Shown here one piece after another: positions 18,265 to 28,506 of a stretch of DNA of 64,000 nucleotides. Made by a program: the position numbers and the translations under genes. The DNA lies in assembly GCA_049519355.1 (NCBI GenBank), contig JBEKQV010000003.1, forward strand, positions 19,646-83,645. Direction: 5' to 3'. The stretch is from Candidatus Microgenomates bacterium (GTDB lineage Bacteria; Patescibacteriota; Microgenomatia; UBA8517). The notes under the pieces were generated by a model. The model did no database searches. It was not told the origin of the DNA and was given only the letters and a program-made list of their open reading frames with translations. The stretch's first letter is position 1; every line of letters begins with the position of its first letter.

Positions 18265-19950
18265 ATGTATATTCTTGGAATCTCCGCGTTTTATCATGAT
18301 AGTGCAGCATCCTTACTAAAAGATGGAGTGGTAATAACTGCAGTAGAAGAGGAGAGGTTTACAAGAATTAAACATGACAATTCTTTTCCATACAAAGCCA
18401 TTGAATATTGTCTTGTTAGTAATAATCTATCTATTAAGGATATTAATTATGTGGCTTATTATGAAAAACCACTTTTGAAATTTGAGAGGATTTTGGAAAC
18501 TTTTGTTGAAACCTATCCTTTTTCATTATATCCGTTTATAAAAGCTATACCGGAATGGTTGGGTGAAAAGATAAAGGTTGGTGCAATTATAAAGAAGAAA
18601 CTTGGATATAAAGGTGAAATATATTATATTCCCCATCATTTATCTCACGCTTCTGCAGCATTCTTTACCTCTCCTTTCAAGAGAGCGGCGATATTAACTG
18701 TGGACGGGGTTGGAGATGTATCAACCACGGATATGTGGATGGGGGAGTTAGGTAAAATAACAAATGTTGGCGAAATTTTCTTCCCAAACTCTTTAGGACT
18801 TTTTTACTCTACATTAACTGCCTTTTTGGGTTTTAGAGTAAATAGTGATGAATACAAAGTGATGGGTCTCGGTGCTTACGGTAATCCTACCTATAAACAA
18901 AAACTAGCACGATTGATTAAAATTAATGACGATGGCAGTTTCGAATTAGATTTAAGCTATTTTGCATTTCGGGAATCTTTTCGGATGTGGAGCAGAAAAT
19001 TTGAATCAGAATTTGGAAGCCATCGAAATCCGGGGGAACCAATAACTCAGCGACATAAGGATATGGCTGCCAGTTTACAAGTAGTTACTGAGGACGTTTA
19101 TTTTGGAATTCTCAATAATTTGTATAAAAAAACGCATATCAAAAACTTATGTATAAGTGGAGGTGTTGCATTAAACTCTCTTGCAAACGGGAAGATTTAT
19201 AAAAATACTAAATTTAGAAATATTTACGATTTTGGACCCGCCGGGGACAGTGGAACTTCTCTTGGCGCGGCACTCTTTTTATATACAAGTGTTTTGAAAC
19301 ATCCAAGACCAAAAGCTGTCAAAACGCTTTGCTTAGGATCCGAATATGCCGAGAGTTATATAGAGCATGTTTTGGAAAAAAATGGTCTGAAGTATGAGAA
19401 AATTGACAACCAAAAGATGTTAATTGACAAAGTTGCGCATAACCTTAAAAAGAACGACGTAATCGGATGGTTTCAAGGAAGAATGGAGTTTGGCCCGAGG
19501 GCTTTAGGATCCCGATCCATTTTAGCAAACCCGAAATCTGCAGGCATGAAGGATGTTGTTAATAAAATTAAGAAACGCGAAAGCTTCCGTCCATTTGCGG
19601 CATCAGTGCTTCAGGAGAAAGTTCAAGAACTCTTTGATGTACCAGAAAAGAACCACAAGTCACCCTATATGAACTTTTGTTTTGAGGTAAAAGATGAAGC
19701 AAAAAGAAATATTGCGGCAATAGTTCATGAAGATGGTACATGCAGGATCCAAACGGTTTGTGAGGATAACGGCTTGTTTTATAAGTTAATAAAGCGATTC
19801 TATTTTCTAACTGGCATACCCTGCCTTTTAAATACAAGCTTTAATTTATCCGTTGAACCGATCGTTGAGAAACCGGAGCAGGCAATATATGATTTTACTA
19901 ATAGTTCTTTGGATGTGTTGGTGATAGGTAATTTTATTGTTACAAAGTGA
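18265..19950 (+). CDS. Carbamoyltransferase (NodU/CmcH/NovN family)
   Basis: N-terminal ILGISAFYHDSAASLLKDGVVITAVEEERFTRIKHD is the canonical Carbam_trans_N signature. ATG at 18265 (MYILGIS) rather than the upstream in-frame extension. Confidence 0.85.
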   Translation: MYILGISAFYHDSAASLLKDGVVITAVEEERFTRIKHDNSFPYKAIEYCLVSNNLSIKDINYVAYYEKPLLKFERILETFVETYPFSLYPFIKAIPEWLGEKIKVGAIIKKKLGYKGEIYYIPHHLSHASAAFFTSPFKRAAILTVDGVGDVSTTDMWMGELGKITNVGEIFFPNSLGLFYSTLTAFLGFRVNSDEYKVMGLGAYGNPTYKQKLARLIKINDDGSFELDLSYFAFRESFRMWSRKFESEFGSHRNPGEPITQRHKDMAASLQVVTEDVYFGILNNLYKKTHIKNLCISGGVALNSLANGKIYKNTKFRNIYDFGPAGDSGTSLGAALFLYTSVLKHPRPKAVKTLCLGSEYAESYIEHVLEKNGLKYEKIDNQKMLIDKVAHNLKKNDVIGWFQGRMEFGPRALGSRSILANPKSAGMKDVVNKIKKRESFRPFAASVLQEKVQELFDVPEKNHKSPYMNFCFEVKDEAKRNIAAIVHEDGTCRIQTVCEDNGLFYKLIKRFYFLTGIPCLLNTSFNLSVEPIVEKPEQAIYDFTNSSLDVLVIGNFIVTK

Positions 19951-19951
19951 T

Positions 19952-20947
19952 ATGAAATTAAACCGCAAAAAACTTGTAGGTATAATTACCGTCATTGAGA
20001 TTTTGGCGATTATAGGAATAGGCTTTTACATGTATAAACGGTGGGAGGCTGCAAAGTATGTTTTAAGTAAGGTGGTAGTTACGCCGATATCTAAAAACGT
20101 CCTACTTGATGAACCGACCTCTGAACTCAAATACTTTTATGAGTTGACGCCAAATAACAGTTGGAGCGATGAACCTTCGTGGTTGGGTTATAAAGCAGTA
20201 TATACGATTAATACAGATACGTTGAATGAACGTTACGATTATCAGTTGAAAAAACAGGACGGTGTTTTCCGGATTATAACTCTTGGAGACTCTTTTACTT
20301 TTGGGCAATATGTGAGTACGGCTGATAACTGGTCGGAGGTATTGGAAGACAGTTTAAACAGGTTGAACTGTAAAGGGATAAAAAAGTTTGAAGTAATTAA
20401 TTTAGGAGTACCAGGTTATGATGTTGAGTATATTGCACAAAGGTATGCAATAAGAGGGGAGAAGTATAACCCCGATTTAATTATTTGGCTCGAATCTGGC
20501 TCTGGTTTCAATCGGATTAATGAACTCCGTGTTCCCTATGAGCAGAAAATCGCCCAGACATTGACGCAACAGGAAATAGCTAACGCGCAAAAGCAGGGTG
20601 ATTACTGGTTAGCTTGGACTAAGGCAGATGGGGAAGTGTTTAAAAATTATACTGGTAGTCAGATAGCGGAAATTATTGGTAGGGCATGGCAAAAATTCTT
20701 TCTGTCGCGTGGAGATACGAAGGTTTTGGTTGCCACATTCCCCTACGTTACTACCGAACAACTGAAACAGTTGAATTTTTGGTTTCAGGGTCAGAAGAAT
20801 GTGTCAATATTTAACGATTTGCCCGATGTCCGTCTGTCAAATTTGCACGTAGCCGATGGCCATCCGAGTATAGAGGGTCATCAAATGATAGCGGAGAGCA
20901 TTCTAAATTACCTGAAGAATAGTTCTATTATTTCCTGCTCACCTTAA
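19952..20947 (+). CDS. SGNH/GDSL-family hydrolase, membrane anchored
   Basis: N-terminal TM helix, block I ITLGDSFTFG (GDS) and C-terminal DGHPSIEGH (DxxH catalytic dyad). The ORF-track start is TTG; the ATG is at 19952. Confidence 0.55.
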   Translation: MKLNRKKLVGIITVIEILAIIGIGFYMYKRWEAAKYVLSKVVVTPISKNVLLDEPTSELKYFYELTPNNSWSDEPSWLGYKAVYTINTDTLNERYDYQLKKQDGVFRIITLGDSFTFGQYVSTADNWSEVLEDSLNRLNCKGIKKFEVINLGVPGYDVEYIAQRYAIRGEKYNPDLIIWLESGSGFNRINELRVPYEQKIAQTLTQQEIANAQKQGDYWLAWTKADGEVFKNYTGSQIAEIIGRAWQKFFLSRGDTKVLVATFPYVTTEQLKQLNFWFQGQKNVSIFNDLPDVRLSNLHVADGHPSIEGHQMIAESILNYLKNSSIISCSP

Positions 20948-20951
20948 ATTT

Positions 20952-23900
20952 TTAATCAAGCTTAAATGATACATCAGTTGTAAAAGATGGGGATGTGACA
21001 TTGCATCTTATTGCCGGGCATTCTTCTGTCTTAATGATATTCCCGGTTGATGGATTAAACCACTGTATTTCTCCCTCACTTTTTGTGGATATTGTTAAAG
21101 TAAACGTTGTAGGGGTAAACGGGCTAGAATAGTGATAAAAATACCCCGCATTAATACTGTCTGAAATTAGTCCGTATCCTCTTACTCCAAATTTATCGAG
21201 TGCATATTGAACACTTTTTGAATCTAATGGAAATGATTGTGAGAAATTTTGGAGTATGCGGGTATATGACCGCTCTACATCTCCTAAATAAATATTTGCG
21301 TTTAAATTTTCCCCCACTTTTATGTTGGTGGAGTCGGATTGATTCCAAAACATAAGTATGCCTTGTTGAAAGAAAGCTGTCCATGCACGAATTCGCATAC
21401 GATCTGCAGACGTTTGATCGTCGTTGGATTGGTAATTGCCCTGCTCTGCAAAGACCACTGGCTTTGGATAATTTTCGAATTGTTGAATGTGCTGGACAGT
21501 CGTTAAATCGGACTGCGATATGTTTTCGGTTTCATACCAGTGTGGGGCGATAATGTCCGAATCTCCGTAGTTATAAGGTTCTGAGCTTATGCTTATTGGT
21601 CTGTTTTCATAGTCAAGTGACCTTATTTCATCGGTAAGAAGCGTTGAAGTTGAGTCGGGGACGATAACCTCGTTAGCCAATTCCCAAATGTCAACATATG
21701 CGCCATATCTTGCAAAAACATAACGTATGTAAGACGTAAGTAAATATTGGGTGGCGGGATCTTGTGAACCTTTGAAGGGTATATCAAATCCAAAAAGGGT
21801 TAACCATACGTGGATATCATTATTTCTTAAAGATTCGACAAGGGTATCTCCGATTTTACCCTGAAGAATTGAATATTCAGTTGGAAAACCGAATTCATTC
21901 CAAAGTCCCATAGATGAGTTCAGCAAACTCCAACGAAACATGTTGAACCCCGCGCCGGCCGGGCCGTATGCGGAAATGTAATCATTCAAAGAGTTAATTT
22001 TGTCGCTTCTAAAAGAATTTGTGTAGCCGAATCCGTTTGGATTGGCGAGTGGAGTGCTGTTTCCGATTGCCCAATCGTCTAGTGGGGTACCGTCGTAATT
22101 GAAATCAATCATCGTATCTCCTATGCCCAATCCGTTAAATATGGTTTTACCATCAGTTGTCAAACGTTTAGGATTTGTAAGATTTGTACGTAGGTAGAAA
22201 TTTGAGGTATCAGTTGTTGATGTCAATTCACCGGTTTTTGTTAAGGTTTTACCATGAGGCACCCAAATTATTTTCCACGTCCATTTTCCTTTAAGTGGAG
22301 GGTTGAAGCGGACTTTCCATATATTTTGATCGTAATAAAATCCCGGTATTTCAACCACTCTTCCTGATTCATGAGTAAATACTGCTGTTAAGTCCGCCTC
22401 CCGCCACGGATTTACAAAAGTTCCACTCGATTTTAACGTCAACTCAAAAACGTTAACACTTGCAATTTTTGTGAATGATTGGGAAACTTCAAATTGCTGA
22501 TCACCGGAAGTTAAATCCGGTAAGCCGGTATTATCATTGATCTTGTAAATTACGCCATCGGAAGTGGCAAAAAATATGTATTTGCCGCTTAGATACGGGT
22601 CTATGTTAGAACTTGTAGGGGCATTTGCAGAAAATTCCCAAGATGTTTTCCCTGTACCCCCGTTTATATAAAAAAGATCACCAGACTGATTGCTTACAAA
22701 ATAATCTGGTGTAAACGGGTTTAACCACCCAGGTATAAGTCCCGCTAACACGGGTTTAATAAGTGCTGGGCTATTAACAAAACCCAGGCTTGGTACTTCT
22801 GCTGATTTTTTCCCGGATGCAAGGGATAATGTGATAGCTTTTCCGTCTTGACTTGTCAGCATCGCTTTGGATTTCCAGAATGAGGGATAATTTAAACCTT
22901 GTCCGAGCTCGTCTGACTGCCAGATAATTGCTCCAGTTTTACCGTCTCTTCTAACAACCGTTCCGTCTTCATGCACCTCAAAATATGCAATTGGTCCTAT
23001 TGAAAACCAATTGTGAATATAGTTGTTTATATTGGCTAGGTATTGCAATATCGGGTTATCAGAGGTTGAGAAAGATGACATTACTGTTGTGGATGAAATC
23101 GGGGATCCGCTTGTAACTTCCCAGAGGATTTTACCGGTATATTTATCAAGGGCTATAGATTTGTTGGAATTTGTGGCTATAAAAAGATATTTGCCGTAAA
23201 GTTCAGGGCCGTTGGTCATAAGGTCACCAATATCGGTTTTCCATAAAATCTTGCCTGTATTTAGGCGAAGCGCATAAAGTGTTTTATCGCGGCTGGCAAC
23301 GTAAACAGTATTGTTTGCTACAGTTAAATCGCCGAAGTAATATATTCCCCAACCGTTAATTACGGAAGAGAGGGTATATAAAGGTTTTGGGGTAAATTTC
23401 CATAAGAGTTTTCCGTCGCTTAGTCTCAGAGCGCTTAATGAGCCGTCTTCGCTTGCAGCAAGGACGTAGTTTTTATAGATTGTAGCTTTTTGAAAAAAGT
23501 ACTGATTGTCTGTCGAAACCTGCCAAATCACTTTTTGATTTCCAATATTTATAAGCCAGACCTTATCGTCAGAAATTGCCAGGATGTTATTTCCGGATAT
23601 TGCTTGTGGTGTTACATTACCGTTTAGATCAAGAATTTGTGTTTTTCCTTGTATTGAGGTATTCGTGAAGTATAGTTTTTTATCATTCGTTCCAAAAATT
23701 AAAGTGTTATCCTTTTTAAACAGCTGACCTTGTATTTCACCATCAGCGACGAACGAGGACCATGTGTTTGAAGATCTTTCATGTATAAATAAAAATATAC
23801 CAAATAGGAGTAGACAAAATCCAAGAAGTGCAAGTATTTTATTATTGTACCTTTTGAAAAAGGTTGAGGTTTTGCGAGGCTTAGACATAAGGGTATTATA

Positions 23901-24974
23901 AACTGACAAGGTTTGCGTTGCCATTCTTTTCCAACTGAATTCTTTAGCTCTTTTTTTACCTCTGGTTATAAGTTTATTTCTTAAGGGTTGATCTGTGGTA
24001 ATTTTTAACATAGCGCTAAAGATTTCGCGGGTTGATGTGGGATTTATCAAGATGGCGGCGTTGCCAGCGACCTCTTTCGTGGCGCCATAGTTTGAAGTAA
24101 TGACGGGACAACCGCAATTCATTGCTTCCAAGATAGGAAGACCAAATCCTTCGTAAAGAGAGGGGTATAAAAAGCAAGTGGCTGATTGATACATTTTTTT
24201 TAATTCATTATCGTTGGGAGCTATTATTATTTTTATCCAATCAGATATTGAATAAATTTTAGCTTGTCGCAGAAAGTGCGCTGCCTCTTTTTTCGTTGAG
24301 ACTATTACTTTCAGTTTCTGTTTGTTTTTAAAATCTGGTGGAAATTGTGAATATGCGGAAAAAATGGTTTTTAAATTTTTTCTGGGAGAAAAATCGCCCA
24401 TGCATAAAAAGTACTTATTTTGAATTGCTTTACTTCCGGTGTCTGTAAAAATAGGGGAGACTGCTTCATGTATGACCCGTATATTTTTTCGCATTTTCCA
24501 TTTGCTTAGATATTTTTTCAAATCGCCCAGTGTATTTTTAGAAACAGAGATAAGAACTTTCGAATTTCGGAATAGAAAATATCTTGTTAACTCCGAATAA
24601 TATCTTTGTAGAAAATATTTAATACTTCTAAATGTAGGGTACACGGTTCCCAAATCCAGGTCATGTACCGTGGTAACTGTGTTTGGATATTTCCACAAAA
24701 TTGAGCCATATGGTTCGGTGTTGTGAAACACGTCTACCATTTCTTTTCGTACAGCAATCGGTAAAAAGAACTGACGTTTTAGTATTGGGAAATTTGGTAT
24801 CTTTACAGTTCTGAAATTCTTTTGATCGGGAATAACTATATTTTTTGATGCAAAAAGAATATATGTATTTATTTTATCTATAGAGGCGAGACCGTTTATA
24901 AGTTCTTCTACATAGCGTTTTGTCCCATGTTGATAAGGTCTTGTTAAAGCGTTTACATCTATACCTATTTTCAT
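20952..24974 (-). CDS. Multidomain 1340-aa protein: N-terminal GT4 glycosyltransferase, TM helix, PQQ-like beta-propeller repeats, C-terminal GH-A (GH5-like/DUF4038-like) glycoside hydrolase fold
   Basis: GT4 E-X7-E region YEGFGLPILEAMNCGCPVITS. Hydrophobic helix ILALLGFCLLLFGIFLFI. Repeated GK(I/L)LW(K/E) propeller blades. GH-A acid/base-like VDIWELANEV and nucleophile-like VVFAEQG motifs. Confidence 0.7.
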   Translation of the reverse strand: MKIGIDVNALTRPYQHGTKRYVEELINGLASIDKINTYILFASKNIVIPDQKNFRTVKIPNFPILKRQFFLPIAVRKEMVDVFHNTEPYGSILWKYPNTVTTVHDLDLGTVYPTFRSIKYFLQRYYSELTRYFLFRNSKVLISVSKNTLGDLKKYLSKWKMRKNIRVIHEAVSPIFTDTGSKAIQNKYFLCMGDFSPRKNLKTIFSAYSQFPPDFKNKQKLKVIVSTKKEAAHFLRQAKIYSISDWIKIIIAPNDNELKKMYQSATCFLYPSLYEGFGLPILEAMNCGCPVITSNYGATKEVAGNAAILINPTSTREIFSAMLKITTDQPLRNKLITRGKKRAKEFSWKRMATQTLSVYNTLMSKPRKTSTFFKRYNNKILALLGFCLLLFGIFLFIHERSSNTWSSFVADGEIQGQLFKKDNTLIFGTNDKKLYFTNTSIQGKTQILDLNGNVTPQAISGNNILAISDDKVWLINIGNQKVIWQVSTDNQYFFQKATIYKNYVLAASEDGSLSALRLSDGKLLWKFTPKPLYTLSSVINGWGIYYFGDLTVANNTVYVASRDKTLYALRLNTGKILWKTDIGDLMTNGPELYGKYLFIATNSNKSIALDKYTGKILWEVTSGSPISSTTVMSSFSTSDNPILQYLANINNYIHNWFSIGPIAYFEVHEDGTVVRRDGKTGAIIWQSDELGQGLNYPSFWKSKAMLTSQDGKAITLSLASGKKSAEVPSLGFVNSPALIKPVLAGLIPGWLNPFTPDYFVSNQSGDLFYINGGTGKTSWEFSANAPTSSNIDPYLSGKYIFFATSDGVIYKINDNTGLPDLTSGDQQFEVSQSFTKIASVNVFELTLKSSGTFVNPWREADLTAVFTHESGRVVEIPGFYYDQNIWKVRFNPPLKGKWTWKIIWVPHGKTLTKTGELTSTTDTSNFYLRTNLTNPKRLTTDGKTIFNGLGIGDTMIDFNYDGTPLDDWAIGNSTPLANPNGFGYTNSFRSDKINSLNDYISAYGPAGAGFNMFRWSLLNSSMGLWNEFGFPTEYSILQGKIGDTLVESLRNNDIHVWLTLFGFDIPFKGSQDPATQYLLTSYIRYVFARYGAYVDIWELANEVIVPDSTSTLLTDEIRSLDYENRPISISSEPYNYGDSDIIAPHWYETENISQSDLTTVQHIQQFENYPKPVVFAEQGNYQSNDDQTSADRMRIRAWTAFFQQGILMFWNQSDSTNIKVGENLNANIYLGDVERSYTRILQNFSQSFPLDSKSVQYALDKFGVRGYGLISDSINAGYFYHYSSPFTPTTFTLTISTKSEGEIQWFNPSTGNIIKTEECPAIRCNVTSPSFTTDVSFKLD

Positions 24975-26128
24975 AAATAAATATTCTTTATAACTTTTCC
25001 GAAAGAAGCTAAAGCCTGGGCTTCGGAAAATCTTTTAGCGAGTTTAATGGATCTCTTTCCCAATACTTTTCTGTTATTGGTCGGCATACTAAAAAATGTA
25101 TTTAGCTTAAGTAGGATTTCCTCCGGGGAATCGTTTTTAAGAATAAGGGTGCTGTCTAGTTTGCCGAGTAATTCCTTAAGATTTCCTACGGGTGTCCCAA
25201 TTACGGGAGTTCCTGAAGCAAGCGATTCTAAAACGACAAGCGGCGAATTTTCCAACTTTGACGGAAGTACTAATACATCTGAGTTTTTGTAGTATTGAAT
25301 TAAGTTGTGCTTCGGTGGATCTTTTTTAATTCTTGTGTTTTTTTTGACTCCAAGATGTTTGATTAGGGAAATCATCTTTCTTTCCATCCCCGGTTCGGCA
25401 CTTGAGGAAGGGTACACTACAAAGAGTAGAGCTTTTGAGTTTGTCTGAATAAATTTAGCGAAAGCTTTGATTAAATTGAGTACACCCTTATATTCAAACA
25501 GTCTTCCGGCATATAGAATTACGTGACGGCCCACCGGTACTTTGTTATTCCTGGAATAAAAACAATTGGTTACTATATTCTGAACTATATATATTTTTTT
25601 AGGATTTAGCAGTGGGTTATTGGTCAAAAGATATTGCTTTGCGTATAAGGACGGGACGATGACGGCATTTGAAAATGACCATGAGAATTTTTCAAAAAGT
25701 TTTGTAAAAATTTGTCGATAGTTATATTTTTGTATTCCGAGATCGGACACACTTCTTGTTCCGTGGAATGTAAATATCACCTTTGCATGTTTTCCTGAAA
25801 CGCTTATTGCCGACAACGCCGTTAGGTAATCGGCGCTCATAATAAAATTAATATTGTTTTGTTTAAGCGTTTGCTTTATTTGTTTTCGAACTTCTAAAAA
25901 ATTGTTGACGTTGTTTGGAAGAAAAGTAAACCTACCTTTTGAGTTAATTTTTTTTAGAAACGATTTTTCTCTGAAAAGCTTGAGATCCGGTTTAAATTTT
26001 TTCTTAAAGGCAATTAGATAAAAGTTGGATCCTGGGTTAGCTGCTTTAAATGCCTCATAAAGTCTTGTTAATGCCACCCATTCACCTCCTTCAGTCAGCT
26101 CGGCTAGAACAAGAAAATTATATTTCAT
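24971..26128 (-). CDS. GT4 glycosyltransferase (GT-B)
   Basis: PSKLENSPLVVLESLASGTPVIGTPVGNLKEL E-X7-E motif and typical N-terminal GT4 domain. Confidence 0.8.
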   Translation of the reverse strand: MKYNFLVLAELTEGGEWVALTRLYEAFKAANPGSNFYLIAFKKKFKPDLKLFREKSFLKKINSKGRFTFLPNNVNNFLEVRKQIKQTLKQNNINFIMSADYLTALSAISVSGKHAKVIFTFHGTRSVSDLGIQKYNYRQIFTKLFEKFSWSFSNAVIVPSLYAKQYLLTNNPLLNPKKIYIVQNIVTNCFYSRNNKVPVGRHVILYAGRLFEYKGVLNLIKAFAKFIQTNSKALLFVVYPSSSAEPGMERKMISLIKHLGVKKNTRIKKDPPKHNLIQYYKNSDVLVLPSKLENSPLVVLESLASGTPVIGTPVGNLKELLGKLDSTLILKNDSPEEILLKLNTFFSMPTNNRKVLGKRSIKLAKRFSEAQALASFGKVIKNIYL

Positions 26129-26152
26129 TGCGATATAATGCCCCTAGCATAA

Positions 26153-27676
26153 ATGAAGTCGGCAATTTTAACAAGTTTAAAAAGGCGAATTCTATCAAGT
26201 TCTGAAAACTATATTTTATTTGTTTTTTTTCTTGCGGACCTAACTTTTCTTATAAAAATTGTTGGCGGAAATGCATGGGTGACTATTTTTTTCTTTCTTC
26301 TTCTTATTGTATTGATTTGGATAAAAATACGTGACTGGGCGCTTAGTTCGTTACTTGTTACAATTTTCTCTTTTCAATTTTATCTACCGAATAAATATTA
26401 TCCCATTGAGGTTTTTAGACCATATGAACTGCAGCCGGGTTTTGGACCTTATTTTTTGAGTTACGGCATAAATTTGGAAAATATTTTTTTGTTAATTACG
26501 CTAATCCTGATTATCAGGAATCTAATTTTAAAAAAGTCGGTTTTTCCAAAAAAAAGTATAACTTACATTTTACCGGCGATATTTTCCGCGATATTGTTTT
26601 TTCTTATTTCTCTTTATTCCTCTCTTAGATTTTCGCCATATTCAAGTTTGTCAGTAACATGGCTTTTACAGGACATACAGTTGTTTTTAGTTGGTTTTTC
26701 GGTATTTTATGTATTTTTTAAAAAACGCAGTGATTTAAAATTGATTTCTCCTGTAATTCTTTCATCCATAGTTCTTCAATCAGCCGTTTCGATTATCCAA
26801 TTTGTAAAACAATCTTGGGCGGGTTTACCTATTGAGAGCTTTATTGTTGAAACGATTTATTACGGGTCTCCTGATGCTGTGCATTCGTATTTTCGTGTTG
26901 CCGGAACATTCGGACATCCGAATCAATTGGCATTAATTCTTTGCGCAATGCTTGTTTTAATTCTCCCGCAAGTTATAGGAGAGAGAAAACCTGTTTATAT
27001 ATTGGGGTCATTTATTACCGTTTTGGTAATTCTTTTGACCCAAAGCCGTTCGGGGTGGTTGGCTCTTTTTGTGGTTATTCTTCTTACGACAATCATTTAT
27101 AGAAATGAATTGTTAAAACCCGTTTCCAAACTGGCGATTAGACGAATAGCTGTCTCGATTACACTTGTGATTGCGGTGACGCTTGCGGTTGCTGTTCCCC
27201 GGATTGTTGCAAGTTTTAACGCGTTTTATCAAAATGCCGGTTTTCCTCTAAGAATTGAAATGGCTAAAGAAGCAATCTTGGCAATAGCTCAAAACCCTTG
27301 GCTGGGGTATGGGATGGGTACCAATGAACCGGTTTTGTTCAGGTTATTTCCAATGGGTTACATTTATTCATTTCCAGCACCCATTCATATGGCATATTTA
27401 CAAATGATTTTGGAGAGTGGTATTCTTGGATTTCTTTTCTTTATGTTTCCTTTTGTTTATATAATCAGGTGTATAATCAACCGGTTCTTGTTATACGGAG
27501 CTAAAAAAATAGCAAGGGCCAAAAATTATATTTTTATTACACTCGCGGGGATTTCAGCTTTTGGTTCTTTTTATCTTTTCCTCCCATATGAGGGATTCAG
27601 GGAGTTTGCATATCTGGGGATAATATTCGGTTATGGTATGATATGTCTCCAGCCATTTAAAGCTTTTCCAAAATGA
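26153..27676 (+). CDS. O-antigen ligase / Wzy-like polytopic membrane protein
   Basis: About 12 TM helices and the Wzy_C-type motif LTQSRSGWLALFVVILL in a periplasmic loop. Confidence 0.55.
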   Translation: MKSAILTSLKRRILSSSENYILFVFFLADLTFLIKIVGGNAWVTIFFFLLLIVLIWIKIRDWALSSLLVTIFSFQFYLPNKYYPIEVFRPYELQPGFGPYFLSYGINLENIFLLITLILIIRNLILKKSVFPKKSITYILPAIFSAILFFLISLYSSLRFSPYSSLSVTWLLQDIQLFLVGFSVFYVFFKKRSDLKLISPVILSSIVLQSAVSIIQFVKQSWAGLPIESFIVETIYYGSPDAVHSYFRVAGTFGHPNQLALILCAMLVLILPQVIGERKPVYILGSFITVLVILLTQSRSGWLALFVVILLTTIIYRNELLKPVSKLAIRRIAVSITLVIAVTLAVAVPRIVASFNAFYQNAGFPLRIEMAKEAILAIAQNPWLGYGMGTNEPVLFRLFPMGYIYSFPAPIHMAYLQMILESGILGFLFFMFPFVYIIRCIINRFLLYGAKKIARAKNYIFITLAGISAFGSFYLFLPYEGFREFAYLGIIFGYGMICLQPFKAFPK

Positions 27677-28506
27677 AACACATAACTATCTTTAAGAGAA
27701 AAGTGACGTATTTTGATTTTATTTTGGGAGGCGTATTTATAATAGTAATGCTTGGGGTTTTCCTGTTTTTATATAGAAAAAACGAATACGTAAATATCCG
27801 TGTAAAAGTAACGGATCAGGATGTTCTTTACGCATCTACCGATCCAAAAAGCTGGTATGCTAACCGATTTGAAGTGGGGGATATTGAATTGGACGAACTT
27901 GGGAGGACGATAAGCCAGATAACCGGCGTTGAAACTTTTAATATGAGTCCGGATACAAAAGCTGTTTATCTGGACATTAAGATTAAAGCGGTTTATGACA
28001 GACGTACAAAATTGTATTCGGCGCGGGGAATCAATCTAACTTTTGGAAACACGATCAGATTTAATTTTTCTAACGCCTCTTTTTATGCATTGATTACAGA
28101 ATCGCCTGGCACATTAAATCAAAAAGATCTAACGGTTGAGGAAAAGGAAATAACCGTTTTGGAACGGGGGCCTGCTTTAAACTCTTCAGCCGATTCGATT
28201 GAACCCGAAGTTTTGGAAAAGATTAAAAAGGGAGATGAGATTACCGATTCAAACGGAGATACCTTGGCGGAGGTCGAAAACGTGGTCCTTAGGCCCGGCC
28301 AACGGGTTGTACAAAACGCTGCTGGAAACCTTCTTCTCAGATATGACCCTTACTACAAGGATGCAATAATTACACTTAAAATACGGGTTGAAAAATATAA
28401 AGGAGATGAATTTGTTTTTGATAATGTTCCTTTAAAGCTCGGTTCCTATTTACCGTTAAATTTCACTTATGAAAGTATCTGGCCTGTTATAACGGATATT
28501 AAATAA
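27673..28506 (+). CDS. Hypothetical membrane-anchored protein
   Basis: N-terminal TM helix, no recognisable catalytic motifs. Embedded in the GT locus and start-stop coupled to the preceding gene. Confidence 0.3.
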   Translation: MKHITIFKRKVTYFDFILGGVFIIVMLGVFLFLYRKNEYVNIRVKVTDQDVLYASTDPKSWYANRFEVGDIELDELGRTISQITGVETFNMSPDTKAVYLDIKIKAVYDRRTKLYSARGINLTFGNTIRFNFSNASFYALITESPGTLNQKDLTVEEKEITVLERGPALNSSADSIEPEVLEKIKKGDEITDSNGDTLAEVENVVLRPGQRVVQNAAGNLLLRYDPYYKDAIITLKIRVEKYKGDEFVFDNVPLKLGSYLPLNFTYESIWPVITDIK

